Notes: generated by a model not told the origin, from the sequence alone. DNA of 64,000 nucleotides from Lytechinus pictus (GCF_037042905.1 NC_087252.1:2916001-2980000), one strand, 5' to 3'; positions 13,232-26,700 are shown, counted from the first letter of the stretch. Program-made: numbers and translations.

Positions 13232-13581
13232 TACATAATTACCTCTACCATGTCTACAGAAACATAAACACCGCCAGCTATAAGCTTCATAATAATGAAT
13301 AGCGTGTATAATAAACATTTAAACGGCGTATTTACTGTATGGAAAGCATTCTACATTTATAATTATTGACGGGACTACCCTTCAAAACAAAACTAAATGA
13401 ATAAATGAATTCAGTAATGGAACTGCTCTGTCAACGAGTCGTGCATAACGTATAAATATCTTTTAAATCTAATTAATGGACGTCGAAAAGTTCTAAGCAA
13501 GAAATCTTATAGATGCTGCTACAATATGAAGATGTGGTTGTTATATTGTTACATCCCTTTATTTTGCAGACGATTTTCATC

Positions 13582-16233
13582 ATGGCTTTGGACCGCCCAG
13601 TGCTTCTCGTCACCATTAACCTATTGATAGTCATGCTATTACAACAAACACCTTATGCGAATGGCAATGCATTGCCCTCCAAGGACAAGGAGGGTTCCTC
13701 TTCCACATGTGTTTTTGATGTTCCTACAAAGACTGCGAATTGCGAAGAACTTGGTTTAACCAACGTCCCACAAGATCTCCCGGATGGAGTTGAAATCCTG
13801 TTGCTTTCTCGTAATAGTATCACTGAGCTCTTCAGTTCTTCCTTTGAAAGATACAGTCATATCACCGAGCTAAACCTATTCAGCAACGCCATAAGCAAAG
13901 TACATCCTTCCACTTTCCATCCCCTCAAAGTATTGTCTGAACTCATCATATCCGCTAACAAAGGTCTACTACGTTTGCATGAAGGTCAACTGAAATATTC
14001 TATAGAACTAACTTACATTGACATGTCTCATTCAGGCTTGACATCAATTACGGACGATTTTCTCAGTTGGAACACAAGGCTAAAATATTTGTCGCTGTAC
14101 GGCAATCAGTTGAGTTTTATCAATATAAGCATGTGTGGTAAAATCGATTTGTTTGATTTGTCAGCTAACAAAATGTACCACCTCAACCACGATACGTTCC
14201 GTGTTTCCTGCGAAATTGGCAAGCTACATCTCTCCGACAACCCTATCGTGTCTGTCGATCCTGATGTAATAGCATCGCTACGGGTCCGATGGTTAGCTAT
14301 AGGAAGTAATACACAAACATACACTATACCAACACAAACGCTTAAGAATATTTTCCTTGGCGTCTCCCGTTCGAAGATAAAACATCTCCTTGCTAACAAT
14401 GTTCTTTATCATTCGATTCCAAGTGATTTATTCGATTCCCTGCACAATTCCACCATTTCTAATCTTACTTTAGTGGGTAATTATATTGAATTATATTCTG
14501 ATATCTTTTCGAGTTTAACAAATGTCACTGGCCTTGATCTCACAGCTAATAACATAAAAGAGATTGAACCAAGCTTTTTCCATGGTATGGGCAAATTAAT
14601 ATACTTGTACTTGGGCAATAACCAAATAAAAACGATAAACTTGAATAGTGATATTTGGGAAAATGACCTGATTGAATTTGTAGATTTAAGTTATAATTCC
14701 TTAACCGAAATCCAAAATTCAACATTCCAAGGATTGCGCAATTTAAGGTTTTTACATTTGGATGCAAATAATGACCTGGTTTACTTGGAACCATCATCTT
14801 TCTTGAAAATGAATAGACTTGAAACTTTAACGCTAACCTATACTAATATTCTGGAATTGCGCTTGATAACGCCTTATCTCCGTAACCTCTTTTTAAACAA
14901 AGTACAAACTTTAAGGCCAGGATTTTCTTTGGACCAATTAAGGTTTCTTGTAAATTTGCAAATAAAAGATTCCTCTTTTTTTGATGGCGATTTCTGGGAA
15001 CCTGCATTTAATGTGTCTTTATTTGATGGATTACATAATCTCACATTCTTAGGACTAGAACATAATGTAATGTTTCAGGAGCCGTTAAAATATCCGATAT
15101 TTCGATCTCTCTCAAGTCTGCAAAATTTATCTCTTCAAGATTCTAGTATCTCAGGTATTTATTCCAAAGCCTTCACGGGGTTAGAATCTCTCAAGCATCT
15201 AGACTTAAGTGACAACTCTATTACAAAACTCGATCCGGATTTAATGAAGGGCTTATGGAAATTAGAAACCGTGGATCTATCTGGCAATAGTTTGGTATAT
15301 CTTGACAGTGATGTGTTTTCCAATAACCCATATTTATCTCGTCTCATCTTGTCACGAAATCAATTAACATTTTTTAATCAAAGTACATTTGACCCTATAA
15401 GATCTTCCCTTGTGTATATTGACATATCGCAGAACCAAATCGCATGTGATTGTGATTTAAGTTGGCTTGTCCATTGGGTCACTAGTACGCATATACTTAT
15501 ACTTCTTGAAGAAGAAGAGACATTGTGTGGTATAGCATCGGTAGAACAATTAAGAGATAAGCCTTTCCTTGACTTCAAGCCCACTGAGCTGTGTGGTTTC
15601 AATGTCTACATCGTCTGTTTGCCTTCAATTGCTGGCATTTCCTTGATAGCAACCATTATGCTATTTTACCATTTTCGATGGCAATTACGACGCTGGCTCT
15701 TTCTTCTAAAACTGGCCGCATTAGGTTACATGGAGGTGCGAGACCCTCGGGTCCACGGCGATTACGAATACGACTTGAATGTCATTTTCCACGAAGATGA
15801 CGAAGAATGGGTCCAGGAACATCTTCGAGTAGCCATAGAGGAACGGCTTCCGCAGTTCCAGAGGAAGGTGTACGGAGATGCCGATCTTGTCCCAGGTATG
15901 CATTTTTTAGAGGCGGTCGACTATGCGGTTACCCGGAGTTACAAGACGGTCGTAGTGCTCAGTAGGGAAGCTATCAAGGATCGTTGGTTCATGCTCAAGT
16001 TCAGAACGGCTATTGACCACGTGACGGATACCCAGACTGAGTTTGTCCTTTTGTTATTCCTGGAAGACATCCCTGGCGAAGAACTACCTTTCTTAGTTAG
16101 GTTGTGCCTTAGTGATGGCAGGCCGTACGTACATTGGCCTGAAGACATTAGAGGACGGGAATATTTTTGTGATGAATTGATCGCAAAATTGACCATTAAT
16201 CTGAAGACGAATGATTTGATTCCCAATGAATGA
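13582..16233 (+). CDS. Toll-like receptor, single-cysteine-cluster type, intact (~883 aa)
   Basis: Signal peptide MALDRPVLLVTINLLIVMLL; LRRNT (CVFD..ANCEELGLTNVP); many LxxLxLxxN repeats; LRRCT NQIACDCDLSWL; TM IVCLPSIAGISLIATIMLFY; TIR (YEYDLNVIFHEDD, GDADLVPG, SYKTVVVLS). ATG 13582 lies just after a ttttgcag acceptor (13568-13569), and homology with the paralogue starts there. Confidence 0.95.
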   Translation: MALDRPVLLVTINLLIVMLLQQTPYANGNALPSKDKEGSSSTCVFDVPTKTANCEELGLTNVPQDLPDGVEILLLSRNSITELFSSSFERYSHITELNLFSNAISKVHPSTFHPLKVLSELIISANKGLLRLHEGQLKYSIELTYIDMSHSGLTSITDDFLSWNTRLKYLSLYGNQLSFINISMCGKIDLFDLSANKMYHLNHDTFRVSCEIGKLHLSDNPIVSVDPDVIASLRVRWLAIGSNTQTYTIPTQTLKNIFLGVSRSKIKHLLANNVLYHSIPSDLFDSLHNSTISNLTLVGNYIELYSDIFSSLTNVTGLDLTANNIKEIEPSFFHGMGKLIYLYLGNNQIKTINLNSDIWENDLIEFVDLSYNSLTEIQNSTFQGLRNLRFLHLDANNDLVYLEPSSFLKMNRLETLTLTYTNILELRLITPYLRNLFLNKVQTLRPGFSLDQLRFLVNLQIKDSSFFDGDFWEPAFNVSLFDGLHNLTFLGLEHNVMFQEPLKYPIFRSLSSLQNLSLQDSSISGIYSKAFTGLESLKHLDLSDNSITKLDPDLMKGLWKLETVDLSGNSLVYLDSDVFSNNPYLSRLILSRNQLTFFNQSTFDPIRSSLVYIDISQNQIACDCDLSWLVHWVTSTHILILLEEEETLCGIASVEQLRDKPFLDFKPTELCGFNVYIVCLPSIAGISLIATIMLFYHFRWQLRRWLFLLKLAALGYMEVRDPRVHGDYEYDLNVIFHEDDEEWVQEHLRVAIEERLPQFQRKVYGDADLVPGMHFLEAVDYAVTRSYKTVVVLSREAIKDRWFMLKFRTAIDHVTDTQTEFVLLLFLEDIPGEELPFLVRLCLSDGRPYVHWPEDIRGREYFCDELIAKLTINLKTNDLIPNE

Positions 16234-16412
16234 TATTCGGAGAACAATTTCAATCGGGTTCTTCAATCATTCATTATCCTGCTGACTTACATGTACGCGG
16301 TATGGCAAAAATACCAAGCGACTTATAATAGGAACTGCCGCTTTTCAAAGGCGGCGACGGATTAAAGATCAGCGCAGTGTAATTCGCGAGGCATCCAAAG
16401 CCAGTTAGCTCC

Positions 16413-17974
16413 AAAAAAATCAAGCGCTGTAATTTTGTTCTACTTTCCAAACCAGTAAGTCACCAAATCTATATATTTTAGGTGCATACATTTACTACCG
16501 ATATGTTGACGAAAATAGATAACTACCTATTTAGATTTTTTCTGTCAACAGAAAACTATTGCTAATGATACGGTGGGCAAATAATACCGCTTTGGAGGAA
16601 ATTGAAATTCAAATGAGTGGAATCTGTTGCCATTTTGGCTGATGAACACAAATCTAAGTATTTTTGTTTTAGAATACGTCTAAAAAGGTTCCAAGCGATT
16701 TTTCAAAATGGCCGCCGAATTCCTCCCAAATGCTTTTTTTCACGTGTAAATCCTTAAATATCTATATAAATATGGCTTGCAATATATCTATTTTAATGGT
16801 CACTGAGCACAAACACACATGAATCAGATAAGTTGGGTTATTTTAAATGATGCTTTGGGGTGAAAAACAACATTTTTTCGGTGATTTCTGGTAAGAATTG
16901 CCCCCAAATCATTTGTTTTATGTACATGAAAGTTTGATTACTCATTCATCTAAACATATGTTTTCATGGCCACTGAGTCCAGATAAAAAAAAAAGACATG
17001 TTTGGTCTTTAGTACTGCCTATTTTGAGTGAAAAATCACATTTTCCGTAATATTTGGTAAACATGACTGAAAACATACTGCAAATATTCATGCAACCACG
17101 GCTTGTAATTTGTATAAACATGTTTTTTTTTTTTATTGGCAGCCAATTACAACTTTATCAGTTGAACTGACTAAAATGAAATTAAAAAAATCAAGCGCTG
17201 TGATTTTGTTCTACTTTCCAAAACAGATAGTCACCAAATCTATCTATTTTAGGTGCATACATTTACTACCGATATGTTGACGAAAATAGATAACTACCTA
17301 TTTAGATTTTTTCTGTCAACAGAAAACTATTGCTAATGATACGGTGGGCAAATAATACCGCTTTGGAGGAAATTGAATTTCAAACGAGTGGAATCTGTTG
17401 CCATTTTGGCTGATGAACACAAATCTAATAAGTATTTTTGTTTTAGAATACGTCTAAAAAGGTTCCAAGCGATTTTTCAAAATGGTCGCCGAATTCCTCC
17501 CAAATGCTTTTTTTCACGTGTAAATCCTTAAATATCTATATAAATATGGCTTACAATATATCTATTTTAATGGTCACTGAGCACAAATACACATGAATCA
17601 GATAAGTTGGGTTATTTTAAATGATGCTTTGGGGTGAAAAACAACATTTTTTGGGTGATTTCTGGTAAGTATTGCCCCAAAATCATTTTTTTTTGTACAT
17701 GAAAGTTTGATTACTCATTCATCTAAACATGTGTTTTCATGTCTAAACATATGTTTTCATGGCCCTGAGTCCAGAAAAAAAAAAGACATGTTTGGTCTTT
17801 AGTACTGCCTATTTTGAGTGAAAAATCACATTTTCTGTAGAATTTGGTAAACATGACTGAAAACATATTGCAAATATTCATGCAACCACGGCTTGTAATT
17901 TGTATAAACATGTTTTTTTTTTTTTAATTGGCAGACAATTACAACTATATCAGTTGAACTGACTGAAATGAAAT
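16413..17974. repeat. Direct tandem duplication, two ~770-790 bp units
   Basis: Unit 1 16413-17183 and unit 2 17184-17974 both start aaaaaaatcaagcgctgt and end gttgaactgact.aaatgaaat. Confidence 0.92.
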
Positions 17975-18394
17975 AATCTGTATCTTAGTGGATTTTTTGT
18001 GTCAAATACTACCCCCAAAAGAAAATAATTTCTATGCAGGATTTCAGACGCATACATGTCTTGAAAATATTACTAAAATTGCTGAATGTATTATGGATAT
18101 TTCAATGTTCATATATTATGCTGTAAAACTGTTGGTAAAACAATTACCATTTTCACAAATTTTGTTACATTACTTAGGGTTTTCATAAAATTTATGTTTT
18201 GCCATGCAATCTATTAGTGGGCTTACCAATAATTTGATATGCATTATTTACATAACATTTGTTAGCAGAGCGTTAATGTCATCAGTGATACTATCTTTTG
18301 AAATAGATGTGTTTCTTGGTGAGGCTTTCAGGTCCTCGTCAACTTTCAACAAAATTTCACCTGCAACTTTTACATCCCTTATCTGAACAATATT

Positions 18395-18704
18395 TAGCGT
18401 ACCTACGGGGGGGGGGGCAGACTGGCCCCTAACGAGTCACAACCAATGCAAGCGACTTATCTCTGCCCCCCCCCCCCCCCCCCGACGAGTTTGAAAGTGA
18501 AGCCTTTTTTTTTTTTATCAATTTTTTTCTGGTGCGCAATGTCCTTTATATCCTGTCGAGGACCTTTTTTTTTTGGCTTGTCAAATTTTTCGGGTCCAAA
18601 ATCTGTATATTTGTGGTTAAAGACCTTTTTTTTTTGCTTGTCAAATTTTTTTCGCGGGTAATTTTGCCCCCCCCCCCCCGTGGAAAATCCTAGGTACGCT
18701 ACTG
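18395..18704. mobile_element. hAT-like MITE with G/C-run subtermini
   Basis: IR tagcgtacct / aggtacgcta(ctg) with internal poly-G and poly-C runs. Confidence 0.6.
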
Positions 18705-20052
18705 ATCTGGAGCTATCATGGGCCAAATATTAAATATTCCAGGAGCCGTTTTTTTTAGAAAATTGCTAATATTTTTTGTCATTAGCCCATTTGATCAGAT
18801 ACTTACAGATTTTCCTCCTTATACAGTGCTATTTCGTACATGTACATGTTCAACAGTACAGTTGCGTAAACAGTCTATATACTGCATTCTTTTCTTCAGA
18901 ACAGTAAGCCAAGCGTTTCTAGATCCCACATCTCCTGGCTTTCAAACTCACTACTTACAAGCCTATTGTTCCTTGAAAGAATTCAATCAGTAATTTTAAT
19001 ACTATAGTCTAGCTTTAAACAAAATATAATACACGGACCAGCATTGTGCAATTGTCATGATCATTGTCTGATTTTCTGAAATAGTCAGTCTTCGGCATCT
19101 GCCTCTTTAGTGCATCAATATATATATATATATAAAAAAACAGCAAGTCTATCTCCCTACATACCTGAGCCTGCATACATTATATCTATATCTTCTTAAA
19201 ATCAACCAAATAATGTAGGATCAAAGAAAATCTTCATTCTGATTGATATTTTGTATAGAGTACCCTGATCACCCACTTTTATTGATGCCCAACACAGCAG
19301 TTCCATCATCATTATCATGGGGAATATGAAAATATATCTCATCATTGTGTTGGTTATAACAACAGCATGAGAAGTATTTATTCTGAATCATTATAGACAC
19401 TGTGATTTTGATGTTTTGTTGTTGTATACATGTCAGTAACCAATTTGATGAAAAATTCGGGTATATGTTATATGAATACAACATTTGCAAGTACTTGTAC
19501 AGTATATGCACGTTTATGGAATTAAGCTCTGTTATAATATAACTTTTCATTTAATAGGCATTTATTTATTTATTTAGTGTGCACTCTTCTTAAAATTGTT
19601 CAAGTGCATTTTTTATTTAATTTTCAAGGATACGTAATCAATATATTGTACTAAATTATGCACACATTTGATGATACCATGCAAGCAATTGTGTTTGATA
19701 AATATCATCATGAATTATTACCATATATATACATATATATATATTATTTTCTTTAAAATGTTTTAACATTAATTTTCTTATGTCATAAAAAAACAGTTTC
19801 AATTCCGCATAGTGTAATGACTGAATATTATACGTTGACTGCGCGTTGCCAGTCGTTCACCGCATTAACAAAATGAAATTAATAGCATGGTTATTGGCTG
19901 ATTGCTTGTTCAAAATATATCACTTTGTAATAAATGAAAGAAAGAAAAAGAATGGCATTTATGATGTCTTTGTGATTATGTGTGTGGTTTGCATTCGGAT
20001 TAACTATTTATTGATGAATATGTTGACATAGCAGATACCCTTTCAGTGATCT

Positions 20053-20235
20053 GGGGGCCTTTTCATAAAGCTGTTCGTAAGTTAAGAGCGACTTTAAGAA
20101 CGACTGGTGAACCTTTCTTACGCGCTAAACCATCGCCAATGGTGTATACCATTTACCAAAAGAAAAGATCACCAGTCGTTCTTAAACATGTTAAAGTCGC
20201 TCTTAACTTACGAACAGCTTTATGAAACACTCACC
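20053..20235. mobile_element. Palindromic MITE
   Basis: ttcataaagctgttcgtaagttaagagcgactttaa inverted against ttaaagtcgctcttaacttacgaacagctttatgaa. Confidence 0.8.
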
Positions 20236-21047
20236 TGGTCTTCGTAACATGGATACACATAACTTGTTTCCACTGACAATTACAACCGTCTAAATAAACA
20301 TGAAATAACTGCATAAAGGATAGTGGGAAATGTGGGGTTATTAAGAGAGTGATTGAACGACGAAAGTGGTAATTGGTTCTTCAATCATGTGTCAGATTAC
20401 TGAACATAGTTAAACTATAATGACATCAGCGCACACATCCGCACACACCCACTCAAAATATTTGTCTTCTGTTTTTGTTCAATACCGAAACATAATTTGG
20501 TTGTTTGAAGGGTCAATAATAAAAATATATCCGGAACCAGAATATGCAATCAAGCTTCAATATCTACCATCAGGTCACTCATGTATTTTACATTCATGTA
20601 TTTTAACATAAGATACGCAAGCCTAAATTTGTGGCTTAGCAGTAAGACAAGATACACACATTGGACGAATGGTCAATATGGCCAATGACCGATACGGTCG
20701 CTTTAAAGGGGCTGTGCTTGCAAATAAGGCAGCCAGGTAAATTCTTATGGGCTAAAATACGCGAAAGTGATAACCAAAACAATGCTATCGTTTTCTAAAA
20801 AAATGTTTAATATTTCTACTGCAAAACGAGTCTTAGATATGAATATATCGTTCACGGAAAAATGAAACATTTGATATACATTGATTGGCATTTAAATATT
20901 ACAAAACTGGAAATTCATTTTCAAAATGCTTCGAAGAAAAGCAATTTATTTATGCTACTAAAATATAATGTATATCACAATGATTGATAACAATATAATG
21001 AGTTTAAGCTCTTAAGTGGCCGATATCACCGACAACAATAAATTTAA

Positions 21048-21632
21048 AAAAATAGACACCTCACGAAATCCAATTTTATGATATATGTCATGAACACATA
21101 ATTATTATATATGACCTGAGCATGTCCTTCCAAATAATTTGATTTCATATTCATGTGGTATGTGTTAATGCTTCGATGACCAGGAGGTATTCTTTGCAGT
21201 GATGTAAGTTTTGGTTTGCGCCAAATTAAAACAATGACTACAATGGACGATTAAGATGTCAATAGTGTCATAATCCTAAAGCCTTGTATCAACATTCATG
21301 TCAATAATCAGTAATTTACATTGTGATTGTTTAATAAAAACATTTTAGTATCAATTCTCAAGTTAATTAATGGATTGGTAGAATGTTCACAAACTCATTT
21401 AGGATTTTGACTTCATTGGCGTCTGGATTCATTCATTGCAGTCATGCATTTCTTTGGCGCAAGTAAAATTTACATCACTGCAAAGAATGCCTTCTGATTA
21501 TCCAAGCATGAAGACATACAACATAAATATGGTATCAAATTATTTAGGATAAGATATTTTTCCAGCCATAATAATTATGTGTTTATGACATATTTTCCCT
21601 TTAAATTTGGGATCTGTGAGGTGTCAAGTTTT
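21048..21632. mobile_element. Degenerate foldback/MITE (~600 bp)
   Basis: gacacctcac/gtgaggtgtc, cataattatt/aataattatg and attctttgcagtgatgtaa/ttacatcactgcaaagaat form nested inverted pairs. Confidence 0.7.
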
Positions 21633-23340
21633 GTTTTATAAATTCAATCAAACATGCCCCCCAAGGAGAAACAATGGGTGGTGGCATTAAACGCTTCACA
21701 CTTTACGTTGATAAAAATCACAACATGTATGATACGCAAATAAAGGAGCCAATAACGTCACACAAGTATTTCATATTTCCATAATTATGATATATTACAT
21801 ATTTCATATTTTCTAAAAGAAAGAAAACATTTGTTAATTCATCATGGAAATATTTGGAGAAGCATACAGAAGATGCTTTATCAGCATATTTAACGTATCC
21901 CCCTCAAAAGAATGAAAATATATGCCATATTTAAACAAAATTAATAGCAACTTGAACAAACATGTAAACATCATCGGCTCCATCAGCTGCATCCCGTCAA
22001 CCATTTGAATTATTATTATTATTTTAATCAAATATAACAATGCATACAAATGTCATCAATTTATTTTAACATCTGATTTTTAAGCGATTTAAAAAAACAC
22101 AATATAGCTCATTTCCTTTTTCTTATTTTCTTCAAGTTATTTTTTTTGGTAGACTTTATAAGCACAACGACCAAAGCAAGCGATTTAATTAAAAAAAGAA
22201 AAAAATACATATTATCACATTGTCATCAGATTCATGAAGAAAATGGCTCTTTTAAGCCAAGCTAGAAGACCAAAAAACGAATTTCTTTCTTTTCAAGACA
22301 TCAAAGTAATCCGTGTGTAATTTCGTTAATTCTTTTAATATAATTATTGTTCTGATAAATTAGATTCTATTCCTAAACAAACAACGTAGCATTTAAGTCG
22401 TATTTTTCCTTTCCATACGTCAACACATAAAAAGTACTCAGAGTGTATTGAACTATTCACATATTATTAGTCCTCACATATAGCATCCTTTGTCTACCTG
22501 AATAAAAATGAACACACATTTATATTTTTTACAGTATAAGCTTTGCTCTTCGACTTATATCTTGCAAAACAGAAAAGGGTCAAGAACCAAGCAGTAAAAT
22601 TAAAAGGTGCGACACCATTGTCATTAACGCATTTGTCTAGCAGAAAGCAAAATAATCATAATTCTAAGAAAATGTCTAATATCAAAATTATCAAACAAGA
22701 CATATTTCACACCTGAAAACTATTACTGTTGTTGGTTTTGTACACTTTGGAGGCAACGGTTTTAGGCACGATTTAAAACATCATCGGTGGTAATCACTAT
22801 TACGTAATTTCATATTCGCATTTCGTTTGAATATGTTTGTTCTTGGCATAAACTTATTATTTTTTTCAATATTTTATAAATTCTAATATGTACCATGATT
22901 ATAAACAAAATATATATTATATCAAAATGATGAAATGACTACAGAGAAGTTATGATATCTCATTATCTGAATCAATCGAATCGTACAATAAGAAAAAAAT
23001 TATGTATGTGATATTAACTTCAAGGCAGTACTGGCTGTTGAAAGATTAGAGCAAGAGTCTTTATCTCGACCAATCTCTACGAAAACAAAGCTTAGGATTA
23101 AGAGGTACTGCTTAATTATTATTATATCAATTAAAATCTCAACATATTCGACCCAATGACTAAAAACTTTCTCAATTGCTGAGTTACTCAATAATTTGTC
23201 AATCTGAAAAACTCAAAACCCAAACCTGATTGGCTCAAAAAAGGAATGCTACACACGTGACTTGTTTTAGAATCCTTCATGATTTCATGTACACGGGTCA
23301 ATCCTTCCAATGGTAACTTACATAAAGGTTAATGCACTTT

Positions 23341-23730
23341 TTAAATCCACCCTCCAGTTCCAGTGATATTAGTATTTTGTAACAAACCCGTGCCCTTTAC
23401 AACATCCGCTTCGTCACGAGAGGGCGTCCTATAGGTTGAAGAGGGCGCTGTGCTACCTGCGTAGCTGCCGGTATCCGAGGACGCGTACGGAATCGGATCT
23501 TTTCGCAGCGTGTCCGGCGTTTTCGGTTTCTTTGCAACCGGGGGCGGGGCAGAGTTTTCCGTCTTGGCGGTTTCCTTGGCGATTGGAATTTCCTCATTCA
23601 CGGGTTTCGGCTGGACCGGTTTCGGCTCGACTGGTTTCGGTTCCGGATTCGTGTCCTTCTTAACTGGTTCCGGTGGTTTTGAGCTCGGTTTCTGAGATCC
23701 CTTCCCTCCAGAATTATACTTCACACTCGA
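23341..23730 (-). CDS. Mesh/SUSD2-like gene, terminal exon of long tail (isoform B), Pro/Lys-rich
   Basis: ttgcag|TCG phase 0; SSVKYNSGG...PKPVEPKPVQPKPV...TGGWI*; stop TAA 23341-23343. Confidence 0.8.
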   Translation of the reverse strand, partial: SSVKYNSGGKGSQKPSSKPPEPVKKDTNPEPKPVEPKPVQPKPVNEEIPIAKETAKTENSAPPPVAKKPKTPDTLRKDPIPYASSDTGSYAGSTAPSSTYRTPSRDEADVVKGTGLLQNTNITGTGGWI

Positions 23731-26700
23731 CTGCAAATATAAACAGAGGGAGAGAGAGAGAGAGGGAAAGAAATATATGTATCGGATTTAAGCATTAATG
23801 CATATTATCGTTTCTTTTGCTGTAACGGAAAACAATAAGAGACATTGACACCCCCTGCACCCCCCCCCCACAAAAAAAAAGGTTTACATGGTGGTGACGG
23901 ATGTGCGTAATTTGTGATATTATGAATAAGGGAAAATTCACATATGGTTACTTAAAAGAGATTAAATGTTTGTTGACAGGGTATTTTGAAAGCGTGACAA
24001 GGGATACATTGAATGGTCGAAATTTAGGGGAGAAAAGATAATGTAAAGATGCAAAGCGGCATGACGTTGGAAAAGAATGCAATCAAGAAATAGTAACACG
24101 ATAGCAATTCTTTGCTGCAAGGATAAGAAAACATCGACCACATGCATTGATCATTTTTTTTGTAATCTGGTCTTTCCTAGTATTCCGTTGATGCAAGATG
24201 AAATATGGACATTTTGAATCTGAATAGATGTAAACCGTGTCCATTATTGTTTATTTATGTCCAACTTGTCTTTTTACCTAACTTTACCACGTAAAGTTTT
24301 TTATGTATATATTAATATAATGATTTCATGTATATGTATGAACGAGAATTAAACAAAAAGTCCTTTTAACTACAGTTTTAAGAAAATGATTTTAGTGTTA
24401 TTGATCCTAAGTGATTGTAAAATGTAATAAAGTGTTTAACAGAAAAAAATGCGTGACTGAATCGAAATATTTTCATAAGTCATTACCCTAATCATGATAT
24501 TAAATGAGAACACATTTTTTTAAATCAAATTTATTTTAAAGTTATAGAGCCCATTTGAACACCGCGATATATTGGCAAACATCTAATATAAACCAACAAA
24601 ATATGTAGATAGTAAGAGCTACCTGGGAAATCGCGGTGGGTTTGTAGATTTGAGCGGACGGACCCGTGTTCCCCTCGCTAGACTTTTGGGAGGATGATGA
24701 TCTGGTGGATGCTCGCACATCGGTGGGTTTCTTATTCAGCGGCTCCGCGAGCTCAGCATCTCGGTCGTCGGTGGACTTAGACTGTTTTGATTTCTGTGAG
24801 ATTAAGGGAGGTCAAAGGTCATGTACTTAGTTGGGAGGGGCACCAAAATATATATTTTGATGATTTCATGTGTATAAATTTGTGGGAAATTACCATCGTG
24901 GGGAAATACTCTTTAAATATCAATTCCAAAATAATTTCCCCCTTGAACACAACATCCGAATCCAGGTACAGCTGTTTCAAGTGGAATTATAAAGCAGTTG
25001 TAGCTACATATGTTATTGATTTAGTATCAGTATTGATACTTGAATAAGACTAATTCTGAATATTTTTTGTTTTTATGTGGCCCATGCAAAGATGGTATTT
25101 GCATTTAAGAAATTTATTCGAACAGTACGCGTATGTTTTTTTTCTGTGCGTATTGAAGAGAGTAGAATTCAACAGTGTTGATTATTGTTGTCAATATAAT
25201 GTGATGATATATTAAAAAATCAAGCCTCATGGTTATAATTTGCTATGATTGCTAGGTGAACTTTGTGTGATGCGAGAAAAAAAAACGTTTTGCTTAAAAC
25301 ACTAGAACAACATACTGAAGGAAATGAGTTGCTTAAGAAATCAAGGTAAGGTCTGTTATGGAAGAGATGGTATGTATATCCGTGTTATTGTTATTAAATC
25401 CGGGCTTCAACTGTTTCGTTCACCCATTATGAGTCGTCAAAAATGACACAATAAAATAACACACTCTTAACAATTAGTTTAAACTGTATCCAATTCTGGT
25501 TGAAAACTACCCAGAGTTGGATAACTTCTATAATTACATATAATTGTTGTGTGGACAGTATGTTGTCCAACACTTCAAGAGTGTAGGTTTTACCAATTAC
25601 ACAGTAAAGGCATATGTTGCTAATACATGTAGATCTACATTGTGTGTGATTGAATTGGAAAAAAGGCAAAATTTATAAATGAAAGCAAAAGGAAAATGCG
25701 ATTGACATGCAAGTTTATGGTTCATATAGCAATTCTGAGGCTTTTGAAAAAGGGTATTTAATAAAAAGAAATAGGAGAGGGAGAGAGACAGTGAAAATAA
25801 AGAAGTGATATTGACAAGCATGATGTACGGTCAAAAGCTTGATAGGAAATGAGGATAACACATCACACAAAAATATAGGAATATGGCGTTGATGAGCTCT
25901 TTCGTGGAAACGGAGAAGATCAGAACAGAAATAAAGTATAATAAAAGTGTTAATCTACGTGTACTTAATTTTAATTATTGGCATATAAAAGTTAATATAT
26001 TTAAGAGCGACATGAATAACTTTATAAGCTATTTTGCCAGCCCGCTTGGAGTTCGCATTCATCTGCGTTTATTGGCGCCAATCTGACATAAGATTGACTT
26101 CTCCCAATTAATTAGCCATATCTAAATATATAGGTGACTGCCAAATCTAATTAAAAAGTGATAACTAATTATGCCCTTATACATCCTCTCAGTACACAGA
26201 TAGACTTGATTTATTATTCACAAGAAAGCTGAAACTGAATCACAAACTTTCAGATAAATTAACATCTTCATTTGTTTTCTTTCTCCGAAAAAGCACCCCA
26301 TGCATCTACCCTTAACGGAAGTAATGTCACATTTTCTTTTGGCCAATCCCGTGGCACAATACCAACACAGTTTCAACAATAAATGTGTCTTGGTAATAAT
26401 TTACCAGAATTAACAAAGTTCAATTAATTATGTTATTACCGTAAAATTTTCAACCATTATGTCTCCACTCACATGACTAAAATTAGCTTGTTAATAATGA
26501 ATTCATGTCGTTATATGTCATTCATACGGCGGTGGGTCTTCATGCGAAATTGAGTTTTTTTTAGCTTGCAACAAACACTCGAATTCCCGTTTACTTCATC
26601 ATGTTCACGTCGCATTTCGAGTATTTACATGGAAGGACGAGCTTTCAGTAAATCGCTGGTCCAGACCAGCTCCGGGCTGAGTTGCAAAACGTTGAGTTTA

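Noticed and set aside
13513..13581. Upstream ATG giving a 906-aa TLR
   Set aside because: The extension is not conserved in the paralogue and contains a splice acceptor; the signal peptide starts at 13582
14106..16253. Antisense ORFs within the TLR and other exons
   Set aside because: Shadow ORFs opposite real coding sequence, with no independent features
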